A DNA stretch of 64,000 nt from a candidate division WOR-3 bacterium. GTDB lineage: Bacteria; Hydrothermota; Tepidihabitantia; Tepidihabitantales; Tepidihabitantaceae. The translations under genes were made by a program, and so were the position numbers. Where the stretch lies: assembly GCA_965648905.1 (NCBI GenBank), contig CBFGIT010000003.1, positions 1 through 64,000 of the forward strand, in the 5' to 3' direction. Positions 1 to 9,096 of the stretch are shown here, piece after piece (within the stretch, counting starts at the first letter, position 1; each line of letters starts with the position of its first letter). The notes beneath the pieces are model-generated. The model did no database searches and was not told the origin of the DNA. It saw only the letters and a list, made by a program, of their open reading frames with translations.

Positions 1-401
1 AGCCGGACACGAACCACGTCCGTAAGCACCAGTTCCTCATGGCGTTCCAGAATCGGCACCAGCTCGGGCAGAAACGGTGCCAGACGCTTGCCACAGATGT
101 AGTCCATGATCTTCCAGACCCGTTTGAGTGTGGTCCGCACCGACTCATCATAGATGCGCGGGCGTGCGCGCCGGCGCTGGTCGTGCTGGGCAGCTTCAAC
201 CACCACCCCCGGCTCAGTCGGGCTCGGCAGCATCACCTTCCGGCCATGGGCTCGCAGCAACCAGGCGGCATAGCTCCGGTTGTAGCCGGCAAGGTCGACC
301 ACCTGGTCGATGATTGCCTGCTTCTCTCTACGGTCAGCCCGGCGATAACGCCGAGCCAGTTCTTTCGTCACTGCTTGTTTCTCATGCATCGTCAAAGCCA
401 C
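1..401 (-). CDS. IS transposase, N-terminal part (runs off the window start); integrase-core/ISNCY-like family
   Basis: Minus-strand frame from GTG401, with AAAGGAGA upstream, reads MALTMHEKQAVTKELARRYRRADRREKQAIIDQVVDLAGYNRSYAAWLL...RPRIYD...WKIMDYICGKRLAPFLPELVPILERH, a recognisable transposase N-terminus. Absent from the ORF track because it is truncated by the window edge. Confidence 0.8.
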   Translation of the reverse strand, partial: MALTMHEKQAVTKELARRYRRADRREKQAIIDQVVDLAGYNRSYAAWLLRAHGRKVMLPSPTEPGVVVEAAQHDQRRRARPRIYDESVRTTLKRVWKIMDYICGKRLAPFLPELVPILERHEELVLTDVVRVR

Positions 402-515
402 GGGACCATCTCCTTTCAGAGTTAGAGATGGTCATATTGTGCCTCCGTTTCGAGTAGATTTCCCATGTGAGGCAACGGGGTGGCTTCGAGTAGATTTCTC
501 GTGAGGCAACGCGCA
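1..515 (-). mobile_element. IS element left end with two subterminal direct repeats
   Basis: ttcgagtagatttcccatgtgaggcaacg (449-477) and ttcgagtagatttctcgtgaggcaacg (485-511) lie upstream of the transposase; putative TG terminus at about 515 on the minus strand. Confidence 0.65.
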
Positions 516-518
516 TTG

Positions 519-547
519 TTGACGCCGGGCCATTTGTGTGGTATCAT
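519..547 (+). promoter_or_regulatory. sigma70-type promoter of the pilin gene
   Basis: TTGACG-17 bp-TATCAT. Confidence 0.7.
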
Positions 548-673
548 TTAACCGAGCAGAGGACACTGAATGCGCACGTATACGTTTCTCGCTTTTGCAG
601 AGCCAGAAGTGGTTCGTCGCCGCATTGGCGGCTTCTGCTCGCCTATCCCCAAAAAGAGAGGAGGTGACTCCAA

Positions 674-1297
674 ATGAAGAATAAGGGCTTTACCCTGATC
701 GAGCTACTGGTGGTCATCCTGATCATCGGTATCCTCCTCGCCCTCATCATCCCGAACTTCGTGCTGTTCCAGGAGCGCGCTCGTCGCAGCTCAGTGAAGA
801 ACAACATGCACGTCGTTCAGACCGCGCTCGAAGCGTACTCGGTAGACCACTTTGGCAACTACCCCAACGCTGACGTGGGATGGGAGGCAGAGGAAGACGG
901 CGGCATCAACCACTGGTTCCCCGGTGGTGACCCGGTGGGCATCGACGGCGAGTTTAAGTACGGCAACTTCCCGGTGAATCCTTATACCGGTCGTCGCTAC
1001 AACGTTGACGACATGGATATGAACTACCAGGATTTCATCGGTGAGATTGAGATCGGCACGGCGGCGCAGACGCGCGGCGACGACCCCGAGTGCCCGTACC
1101 TGGATGCGACCGTTGAGTACACGGGCGGCATCGGTATCTTCACTGCGGTCCTCGAGATCGCCGGTGATGAAATCCCGGTGGAGTACGGCATTTTCGGACA
1201 CGGCCGCGACTATTCGCAGCCGATGTACGACCTTGACCCGTACGCCGAGTCGCCGGACGATACCGACTACTGGATCTTCTTCGTCCTGCACAACTAG
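674..1297 (+). CDS. Type IV pilin / GspG-like prepilin-type protein
   Basis: Class III signal MKNKG|FTLIELLVV with E at +5, hydrophobic helix, YxxDxxxxYP motif; strong RBS GGAGGTGA. Confidence 0.9.
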   Translation: MKNKGFTLIELLVVILIIGILLALIIPNFVLFQERARRSSVKNNMHVVQTALEAYSVDHFGNYPNADVGWEAEEDGGINHWFPGGDPVGIDGEFKYGNFPVNPYTGRRYNVDDMDMNYQDFIGEIEIGTAAQTRGDDPECPYLDATVEYTGGIGIFTAVLEIAGDEIPVEYGIFGHGRDYSQPMYDLDPYAESPDDTDYWIFFVLHN

Positions 1298-1314
1298 TCG
1301 GTCTCCGACTCATC

Positions 1315-1346
1315 CGGTGGGGCACTTCGGTGCCCCACCGCTTTTT
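1315..1346 (+). terminator. Rho-independent terminator
   Basis: Perfect 11-bp stem cggtggggcac-TTCG-gtgccccaccg followed by cttttt. Confidence 0.9.
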
Positions 1347-1374
1347 CGGGCGCAGTCAGAGAGGAATGGACGGG

Positions 1375-1911
1375 CTAGAACCAGCCCTTGGTGGTGTCGA
1401 CGCCCCTGCTCTTCAGGTACTCTTCCCATTCGGCAAGGTCGCCCGGAGTCATTTCGGGTTTGTCGCTCGACCCTTCTCGTTCCCCCCGGGACGTGTTACG
1501 TCTGCCCGGCGCCGCCAGCAGACGGACGAAGGCGCGGGACGAAGTGGTCTTGGCCCCGTAGTCGCGGGCCGAGCGTGCCAGGGATGCGTCCGACGTGACA
1601 ATCGTGACCGAGCGCGGCCGGGTGTTGCGCCGAAGCAGGGCGATGATGGTCTGGTCCGCGTCGTGAGGCGGGCGGGAGAAGACGACCTCAACGCCCGCGA
1701 CGCGGCTGGGGTCGTGCGGCACAAACTGCGGGCCCCGGCCGTCGAACACGACCGTGACTTCGATGTTGCGTACCGCCGCGAATTCGGACAGGTGCGCAAC
1801 CAGTCGGTCCCGCGCCCGCAACAGGTCGGTGTCGATGAGTCGCGCCAGCTCCGGCAGCGCGTGGATGAGGTTGTAGCCGTCGACGATGAGTCTGGGGTCT
1901 GCCATTGCCAC
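1375..1911 (-). CDS. NYN-domain (YacP/Rae1-like) ribonuclease
   Basis: LIVDGYNLI, VVFDG, DADQTI and IVTSDASL motifs. Confidence 0.85.
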   Translation of the reverse strand: MAMADPRLIVDGYNLIHALPELARLIDTDLLRARDRLVAHLSEFAAVRNIEVTVVFDGRGPQFVPHDPSRVAGVEVVFSRPPHDADQTIIALLRRNTRPRSVTIVTSDASLARSARDYGAKTTSSRAFVRLLAAPGRRNTSRGEREGSSDKPEMTPGDLAEWEEYLKSRGVDTTKGWF

Positions 1912-1950
1912 AATGATAGCCCGCGGTGAGTGCCGGTGTCAAGGCGCCGT

Positions 1951-3921
1951 TCAGGGCGCCAGCGAGACCTGGACGAGCAGGGCCAACGTGGCCGCAGCGA
2001 GCGACACGATGGTGACGACCAGCCCGGTCTTGAACCACTCGCCAAAGCGAATCGACTGTCCGGTGACGCGTTCGTAGACGCCGACCGCAACAAGGTTGGC
2101 GCTGGAGCCAACCATGGTCAGGTTGCCCCCGAAGCAGCCGCCGAAGAGCAGGGCCCACCACAGAATCGATGCGTGGGGTAGACCGACGAGCAGCAGTCCC
2201 TTGACCACCGGGACCAGAGCGGCAACGACCGGCATGTTGTCCACAAAGCCGGATGCGAGGCCGGAGCCCCAGAGCATCAGGATGAGCGCCGAGCCGGTCG
2301 TGCCGTTTGCACCAACGAGATGATTGAGCGGCGACTGCTCGGCCGCCCGCAGGACGAGGTAGCCGAGCTTGATGGTCACACCGGTGTGTTCGAGGCAGGC
2401 GGCGCTGGCGAAAAGGAACATGAAGAAGAGCAGCGTCCACCAATCGATGCTCCGGGCGAGGAGAATCCGACCCTTCTCCTGCTCGACAAAAATGATGAAC
2501 GCGACCGCGGCCAGAGGCGCTACCATCAGCATCGTTCCCTCGGGCAGGTGCAGGAGCGCTTCAGCCCGGGCGTGGAACATGATAAACAGGACAACGACAA
2601 GAAAAGTCAGGGCACCCAGGCGCAGTTCGGTCGGGCTGAAGCTGCCAGCGGTCTGCTCCAGACCTGCGAAATCGGCCTTGGTGCGGGTCGAGAGATGCCT
2701 CTTGAACAGCAGGATGATGAGGATACCGACGCACAGGCCGGTGGCGAGCGCTATCGGCGTGGCCCAGCGGACGAAGGACTCGAACGTCAACTGCCCGACA
2801 AAGGCCAGGTAGACCCCAATCGGGTTACCAACCAGAGTGAGGGCGCTGCCGATGTTCGTTGCGAAGACCAGGGCCAGCAGGTAGGGCATGATCGGCGTCC
2901 GGGTCCGACGGGCAATCTCGACGGCGAGGCCAAAGGTCACAAGGATTCCTGATACCTCGCCGACGAAGCCGCTCAGGATGACCGAAAAGCCCATGAGTAT
3001 GAGGAGCAGCACCCAAGGTACGCCGCCGACCCGCTCAACGACGCGCAAGACGATGAACTTGAACACGCCCTTGTCTTCAAGCCACTTGATCAGCACCATC
3101 ATTGCCATCACGAAAATGATGGTCGGCAGCGACATGTATTCAACCATGCTATCCAAGTCAATGACGCCGACCAGCAGCAGGCAGGCAAGCCCGACCGCCG
3201 CAATGGCAAGGCGGAACTTCCAGAACAGCAACGTGCCGACGACCATGCCGAGGAAGACCGCCACGACCAGCATCTGCTGGTTCAGCCAGGGCTGGGAGTT
3301 GAACTTGAGGTAGCCGAGCTGTTCGTAGATGCCGCCCGCGGGAAGGCGGATCGCCGGCAGCGCGAATCGCGCCGCGATGTAGGCCAGTAGGACCGCGCCA
3401 GCCAGGAGCAGAGCCGGACGGTATGGGGCAAACCAGTCATGCCGAGACGGGTGGGTGAAGATGCGGCGCACGCGGTCCGGCGAATCGGCCTTGAGCAACT
3501 GCGCGCGGATGCGTTCAGACCTGAGTGCCCGGGCGACTTCGGCCAGGAGATGAAGATAGGCGGGGCGGTCAGATTGCGCCGCCACGATGACGGCGACGAG
3601 TCTGACCGGCTTGCCATCGACCGAGTGCCAGTCTACTCCGCGTCGGACCCGGACCAGCGCGAACACCGGGCGGTTCAGTGGGGCAGCGATGAGTGCATGG
3701 GGCAGCGCGACCTCATCGCCGACACCGGTCGAACCTTCGGCCTCGCGTGCCCCGAGGGCAATTACCAGTTGCGCAGCATCGGGGACTGCCCCGGTTTCGA
3801 CCAAACGCTCTGCGACCGCAGCGAAGACCCGTTCCACCGATTCCGCGGCCGGCAGGTCCAGTACGCACTCCGGCCGCACGACCTGTGCGGGGCGTCCGAG
3901 TGCGTCTTCCGAGTCATTCAC
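1951..3921 (-). CDS. PTS EIIA(Fru/Ntr-type) domain fused to ArsB/NhaD (ion-transporter superfamily) permease
   Basis: N-terminal RE..GSTGVGDEVALPH and DW.SVDGKPVRL; C-terminal multi-TM region with TNIGSALTLVGNP, SGFVDNMP and FGGNLTMVGSSANLV. Confidence 0.85.
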   Translation of the reverse strand: MNDSEDALGRPAQVVRPECVLDLPAAESVERVFAAVAERLVETGAVPDAAQLVIALGAREAEGSTGVGDEVALPHALIAAPLNRPVFALVRVRRGVDWHSVDGKPVRLVAVIVAAQSDRPAYLHLLAEVARALRSERIRAQLLKADSPDRVRRIFTHPSRHDWFAPYRPALLLAGAVLLAYIAARFALPAIRLPAGGIYEQLGYLKFNSQPWLNQQMLVVAVFLGMVVGTLLFWKFRLAIAAVGLACLLLVGVIDLDSMVEYMSLPTIIFVMAMMVLIKWLEDKGVFKFIVLRVVERVGGVPWVLLLILMGFSVILSGFVGEVSGILVTFGLAVEIARRTRTPIMPYLLALVFATNIGSALTLVGNPIGVYLAFVGQLTFESFVRWATPIALATGLCVGILIILLFKRHLSTRTKADFAGLEQTAGSFSPTELRLGALTFLVVVLFIMFHARAEALLHLPEGTMLMVAPLAAVAFIIFVEQEKGRILLARSIDWWTLLFFMFLFASAACLEHTGVTIKLGYLVLRAAEQSPLNHLVGANGTTGSALILMLWGSGLASGFVDNMPVVAALVPVVKGLLLVGLPHASILWWALLFGGCFGGNLTMVGSSANLVAVGVYERVTGQSIRFGEWFKTGLVVTIVSLAAATLALLVQVSLAP

Positions 3922-3946
3922 GATGGCGCGATGGGGCGACGCGGGT

Positions 3947-4360
3947 CTAGCCGGCGTTGGTGATGATTATCGGGCAGGGCAAGCCGGGTATGAATTCATC
4001 GGGCAACCGGTAGTTGGTCCCGGCCAGACTGCTGGCGCTGAGCACAATCAGGTCGCTACCCGTATTGTGGGCAAGAGTCTGAATGTCCTCGACGTCGCCT
4101 TCCCGGGCGATGACCGAAGCTCTGATGCCTTCCGCCTTGAACTCCTCCTCAAGGCGGTAGAGATTGTGCCAGGACCTGCGTTCGTGTTCTTCACGCAGAA
4201 CCCGGCGGCGCGTTTTGCCTTCGGTTGAGACCTCATGGCCGCTGCCAATGGCGAGCATTGCGCCCAGCAGCACGGCGCTGTCGTGTGCTCTGGCTAAGTC
4301 CTTGACCAGATGCTTCTCTTCCTGTTTCTCGCTCACGATATAGAGTATCCTTTGAAACAT
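3947..4360 (-). CDS. Universal stress protein (USP)-like protein
   Basis: From ATG4360: MFQRILY...EGD...DLIVL...LPCPIII, a USP fold pattern; 137 aa; lies in the operon between the two permeases. Confidence 0.65.
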   Translation of the reverse strand: MFQRILYIVSEKQEEKHLVKDLARAHDSAVLLGAMLAIGSGHEVSTEGKTRRRVLREEHERRSWHNLYRLEEEFKAEGIRASVIAREGDVEDIQTLAHNTGSDLIVLSASSLAGTNYRLPDEFIPGLPCPIIITNAG

Positions 4361-4374
4361 CCCTGTCTCTCCTG

Positions 4375-6321
4375 TTATGGCGCCAGTTTGAGCTGCAGCA
4401 GCAGGGCTGCGGTTGCAACGAGTAGAGATACGACGGTTATGATTGTGCCGACTCGAATCCAGTCCCGAAACCGGATGGACTTGCCCGAAACCCGTTCGTA
4501 GGCACCGACCGCGACCAGATTCGCCGTTGACCCGATAACCGTCAGGTTGCCACCGAAACAGCCGCCGAAGAGCAATGCCCACCAGAGAATCGAGGCGTGG
4601 GGCAGACCGACTCGTCCCAGGTCTTTGGCCACCGGAACCAAGGCAGCGACGATGGGCAGGTTGTCGACAAATCCCGACGTGATGCCGCTGAACCACAACA
4701 TCAGCACTGCGGTTACGCTCGTGACGCCAGCCGGTGTTGCTCCGGCCCCGGCCAGCGAATGCGACAGGTTGAGCATCACGTAGCCAAGCTTGGCCGTGAC
4801 ACCGGTGTACTCCAGGCAGGCCGCATTGGCGAACAGGAACATGAAGAAGAGTAGCGTCCACCAGTCAATGCCGCGTTCAACCAACAGCCGACCGCGCTCC
4901 TGCTCGAAGAAGACAATGAAACCGACAACCATCAGGGCGACGGCAACGAGCACCGTGCCGTCGTGGAGGTTCAGCAGAACCTCGAGCCGCCGGTGGAGCG
5001 CAATGAGCGCGACGGTGGTGATGAAGGTGATGGTGCCGGTGCGGAGGCGGGTGAAGTCGATGCCCTCGGCAGACCGTTCCAGGTCACGCAGGTCGAGGTC
5101 GTAGCGCTGACCGAAGAACTGACGACGGTAGAGCAATAGACAGATGCCGGCGGTGATGACTGCGGCAACGGCCGAGACCGGCGTGGCCCAACGTAGGAAA
5201 TCCTCGAAGCTCAGGCCGCCAGCAAACGCGATGTACACGCCGATCGGGTTGCCGACGAGCGTTATTGCGCTGCCGACATTGGTGGCAAAAACCAGGCACA
5301 GCAGGTATGGTACCAACGGAGTCCGGGTCCGGCGCGAGACCTCAGATGCCAGCCCGAAGGTCACGAGGATTGCCGAGACCTCATCGGCGAACCCGCCCAT
5401 CAGTACCGAAAAGCCCATCAACACGACCAGCAGCAGCCACGGTATGCCGCGCACCTGCTCGATTGCCTTGGTGACAAGGTAGCGGAACACACCGATGTTC
5501 TCCAGCCACCGGACGATGACCATCATCGACATGATGAAAAGGATGGTCGGGATCGACATGAACTTGACGGTCGTTTCCAAGTCCATCACTCCGGCGATGA
5601 GGAGCACGCCAAGGCTGGCCGCGGCGATTGCGACGCGGAAGCGCCAGAACAGGAGAGTCCCGAGCACCATTCCCATGAACAGAGTCACGGTCAGTTCCTG
5701 GAAGAGGAGCCAGCGTGGTTCGTTGAGCTTCAGGTAGTCGGCAGTCGCGTAGATTCCGGTTTCGGGCAGCACCACCCGAGGCATCGCGAGCCGGGCCGCA
5801 ACGAAGAGCAGCGCGATTGCCGTACCGAAGACGAAGAGCCGTCGATTCCGCATGATGAAGCCTTCGTGCGGCGGGTGAACAATGACCCGGGCCGCGTCAG
5901 CCGCGCTGCGGGCCTTGATCGTCCGGTCGCGCACCAGGGGATGGTTGAGCGAACGGGCGACCTCGGCCAGGACTTTGAGATACTCATCTTGCTCGCCCGC
6001 CGGGGCGAGAATCACGACCAGGAGTCGTATCGGCTCGTTATCGACCGCGTCCCAGTCAAGTGGCGACCTGAGCCGCACCACCACCACGATGGTCTCGTCC
6101 AGTTCCGGCAGCATCACGTGGGGCAGGGCGATGCCGTGCCCCACCCCGGTCGAGCCTTGTCGCTCGCGCGATAGAAGCTCGGCAACGAGCTTCTCGCGGT
6201 CAACCTTGATACCGTGCTCAATCAGCCGGGCAGCGACCAGGCCGAACAGCTCCTCCGAGGTTGTGACATCCGGAGCGTCAAAGGAGAGCTCGGGCCGCAC
6301 GAAGCGAGTGAGTTTTAGCAT
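4375..6321 (-). CDS. Second PTS EIIA-ArsB/NhaD permease fusion (paralog of 1951-3921)
   Basis: RERQGSTGVGHGIALPH, TNVGSAITLVGNP, SGFVDNLP, FGGNLTVIGSTANLV; start placed at MLKLTRF. Confidence 0.85.
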   Translation of the reverse strand: MLKLTRFVRPELSFDAPDVTTSEELFGLVAARLIEHGIKVDREKLVAELLSRERQGSTGVGHGIALPHVMLPELDETIVVVVRLRSPLDWDAVDNEPIRLLVVILAPAGEQDEYLKVLAEVARSLNHPLVRDRTIKARSAADAARVIVHPPHEGFIMRNRRLFVFGTAIALLFVAARLAMPRVVLPETGIYATADYLKLNEPRWLLFQELTVTLFMGMVLGTLLFWRFRVAIAAASLGVLLIAGVMDLETTVKFMSIPTILFIMSMMVIVRWLENIGVFRYLVTKAIEQVRGIPWLLLVVLMGFSVLMGGFADEVSAILVTFGLASEVSRRTRTPLVPYLLCLVFATNVGSAITLVGNPIGVYIAFAGGLSFEDFLRWATPVSAVAAVITAGICLLLYRRQFFGQRYDLDLRDLERSAEGIDFTRLRTGTITFITTVALIALHRRLEVLLNLHDGTVLVAVALMVVGFIVFFEQERGRLLVERGIDWWTLLFFMFLFANAACLEYTGVTAKLGYVMLNLSHSLAGAGATPAGVTSVTAVLMLWFSGITSGFVDNLPIVAALVPVAKDLGRVGLPHASILWWALLFGGCFGGNLTVIGSTANLVAVGAYERVSGKSIRFRDWIRVGTIITVVSLLVATAALLLQLKLAP

Positions 6322-6462
6322 CAGACCGCGGCCGTGGCTGTGATGATGTTCATAGCGGGGCGAGATGATAGCCGCTGGTGCAATAGAAGTCAACGAAACG
6401 GCCTGGGAGCCCCAGCAGGCTTAGCCCGCTTGTATTCACTGCCGAGTCTCGTATACTCTGCC

Positions 6463-6744
6463 GTGTCTCTCACCGGTGTGCTGCTCGGGTTCGTTGCCGG
6501 GGTGGCTAGTTTCGGCGTCTTCTACCTTGGTGCGCGCCGACTGATGGTCAGCCAATCGGCCCGAATCAAGGTTTGGCTGCCGCTGCTCTACCTGGTGCGC
6601 TACGGTCTGTTCGCGCTGCTGGTCTATGTCTTCCTGCGGCTCGGACTTGGGGACTTCTGGGGACTGTTCGTGGGCGTGACAGTAGCGATTGTCGGCTGCT
6701 TCGTCTTTGACTTCTGGCAACGGCACAGGACACTGGGTCCCTAG
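6463..6744 (+). CDS. Small membrane protein, ATP synthase I (AtpI)-like
   Basis: About 93 aa, 3-4 hydrophobic segments, LYLVRY pattern; GTG follows TTGTAT-16-TATACT. No other atp genes nearby. Confidence 0.4.
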   Translation: MSLTGVLLGFVAGVASFGVFYLGARRLMVSQSARIKVWLPLLYLVRYGLFALLVYVFLRLGLGDFWGLFVGVTVAIVGCFVFDFWQRHRTLGP

Positions 6745-6823
6745 TTCCTGCGCACCTTCTTCAACTCACGCCTGCAGTTCCGGACTGGTTTGACTTGGTC
6801 AACAGGTCGGCTAGACTGCTGCC

Positions 6824-8971
6824 GTGACTCTCGTTCTGGGACTGGTAGTTGCACTGGCGCCGTCCGATTCAGGGGACCGGGTCATCCAGGCGCACTTCAC
6901 GACAACACCACCGAGAATCGACGGCCACCTCGAGGACATCTGGTCGACCGCTGATTCAGCAACCCGGTTCACCCAGTTCACCCCCGACCATGCCGAACCC
7001 GCGACCGAGGCGACCACGGTCTATCTCCTCTATGACCGACACAACGTCTACGTCGCGTTCCGCTGTCTTGTGCGCGACCGTACGACCCTGCGCGCCCGTC
7101 TGACCGGCACCAACGACGGGGTCAGGCTGTTTCTTGACACTTTTGACGACAATGCCAGTTGCTATGCATTCGCAGTGACTGCCGCGGGGGTCGAGCAGTC
7201 GTATCGCCTGACCAATGATGGTAACTGGGTCGAGCAGTGGAGCGGTATCTGGTGGTCGAGCACGCGGATTGAACCATGGGGCTTTGCCGTTGAGATGGCG
7301 ATACCATTCAAGTCCCTGCGCTACCCGACGCAACTGACTGGCTGGGGCATCGAGTTCGGCCGGTACGTAGCAGCCAGAGGCGAGAAGAGCTACTGGTGCG
7401 AGCACGACAAGACTGTTGTCCGGGTGTCAAGGTTCGGGCGGATCGCCAGTATCAGGACACCGGGCGCTGGTCTGCACCTTGAGGCCTATCCGGTCGGACT
7501 GGTGCGCTACGAGCGCGACTCGGTAGCCCGCGTTCGCCCCACCGCCGGACTCGATGCAGCCTGGCTGCCGACACCAACTGCGAACATCCAGTTGACCACG
7601 TTCCCCGACTATGCTGAAATCGAGGCTGACCCTTACCGGGTAAATCTTTCCAAGTACGAGCTCTGGCTGGCCGAACGCCGGCCTTTCTTCGTTGAGGCAA
7701 ACGAGAACTTCGGGTCCGGATTTCCGGCCATCAGGTTGTTCTACTCCCGCCGCATCGGCCGGCGTCTGGCCGACGGCACTGAGGTGCCGATTCTTTCGGG
7801 CCTGAAGTACACCGACCGTCTTGGCCGGTACCAGCTCGGGGCACTTACTGCGCTCACCGGCAGAACGAGCTACAACAGCGGTGCCGACACGGAGCCGGCT
7901 GCGGTATACTCGGTCGTGTCGTTACGGCGTCAGGTGCTGGCCAATTCCGAGATCGGGCTGCTCTATGCCGGCAAAGATGCCGGTAGTCCGGTCTGGTATC
8001 ATGGCGACACGATGCACCTGGACGGCAACCACGGACTCCGTCTGGACGGCATCTGGCGTCAGGGCAGCCTGACCACGGAGGTCGCCGCCGCGGCCAGCCA
8101 GCGCGGCGACCGTCTCGACCACGCCTTGTCCTTGACCGCAAGCTACGAGTCTTCAGTCATGACCGGCTACCTGTCGGCAGGGCAGGTCAGACCCGGATTT
8201 GACCTAAACGGCATCGGCTTCACCAGTTGGCGCGGCCAGTCCTTCGCGGCCGGGGCTGGTCCGGTGTTCTATGCGCGCGGGCCGTTCCGGACTGCCAACC
8301 TGATTCTGGCCACGGAACTGTCGCGCGAGTGGGACTATCCTGACCGTGCACTTGACCGTCAGGTTCGAATGCAGTTCTACGGCTTGACGGAAGACCAAGT
8401 GGGCTTCAACTTCTGGGGCTCACAGAGCCGTGCGTACTACCCGGACACCACCGGAACCTACCAGGCCTACGACGGCGCGAACTTCGGCGGCCTGGGCTAC
8501 ACCGACGACAGCCGGGCACTCTACCTGTTTCTCTACGTCGACTACACGACCAGGTCGTTCAACTACAACCGAATGGTTCTCGCCCCGAATGCAAACCCCC
8601 AGGCTGAACTGACGTTTCGGCTTGGTGACCGACTTGAGCTCTCGGTTGGGGCAGAACTGATTGCCGAGTTCCAGCCGGACGGGACACTAGACCCGCTGCG
8701 TGACCTGACCGGCATCGTACGCCCGCACGCCGAGTACTCATTCACACCCAAGATGAGTGCCAACATGGGTGCGGAGACCGTGCGCAGCTACGACCTTGCG
8801 CGCGACCGGGAGGAGTACTCTTATTACCTGACCGCCCTGTACAGTTGGACCGTGCGGCCACGCAGCACTTTCTACATCGCCCTGAATCAGAGGCTTACCG
8901 GCGGAACCAATTGGGTCGAACCCTCAGGCACCGCGGCCGCGGTTAAGCTGCGCTACCTGTTTGTGTTCTAG
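6824..8971 (+). CDS. CBM9-like domain plus DUF5916 outer-membrane beta-barrel protein
   Basis: PPRIDGHLEDIW, LFLDTFDD, EMAIPFKSLRY, PDYAEIEAD, ERRPFFVE, LFYSRRIG; ends KLRYLFVF. Confidence 0.8.
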   Translation: MTLVLGLVVALAPSDSGDRVIQAHFTTTPPRIDGHLEDIWSTADSATRFTQFTPDHAEPATEATTVYLLYDRHNVYVAFRCLVRDRTTLRARLTGTNDGVRLFLDTFDDNASCYAFAVTAAGVEQSYRLTNDGNWVEQWSGIWWSSTRIEPWGFAVEMAIPFKSLRYPTQLTGWGIEFGRYVAARGEKSYWCEHDKTVVRVSRFGRIASIRTPGAGLHLEAYPVGLVRYERDSVARVRPTAGLDAAWLPTPTANIQLTTFPDYAEIEADPYRVNLSKYELWLAERRPFFVEANENFGSGFPAIRLFYSRRIGRRLADGTEVPILSGLKYTDRLGRYQLGALTALTGRTSYNSGADTEPAAVYSVVSLRRQVLANSEIGLLYAGKDAGSPVWYHGDTMHLDGNHGLRLDGIWRQGSLTTEVAAAASQRGDRLDHALSLTASYESSVMTGYLSAGQVRPGFDLNGIGFTSWRGQSFAAGAGPVFYARGPFRTANLILATELSREWDYPDRALDRQVRMQFYGLTEDQVGFNFWGSQSRAYYPDTTGTYQAYDGANFGGLGYTDDSRALYLFLYVDYTTRSFNYNRMVLAPNANPQAELTFRLGDRLELSVGAELIAEFQPDGTLDPLRDLTGIVRPHAEYSFTPKMSANMGAETVRSYDLARDREEYSYYLTALYSWTVRPRSTFYIALNQRLTGGTNWVEPSGTAAAVKLRYLFVF

Positions 8972-9096
8972 CCTCGGGCGAAGGTCCGAGGCCAAAGGCC
9001 GCGCGTCGGCTTGACTTGGCCGGTTTTCCCGGGTAGCCTGAGTAGTTGTCGGCCGATACATCCGGCTGGACAGCAACTCTGACCAAGGAGAAACTC

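Noticed and set aside
39..425. 128-aa plus-strand ORF
   Set aside because: Antisense shadow of the minus-strand transposase.
4361..4861. N-terminal 167 codons of the 304-aa ORF 3947-4861
   Set aside because: Out-of-frame overlap with the permease; the real gene starts at ATG4360.
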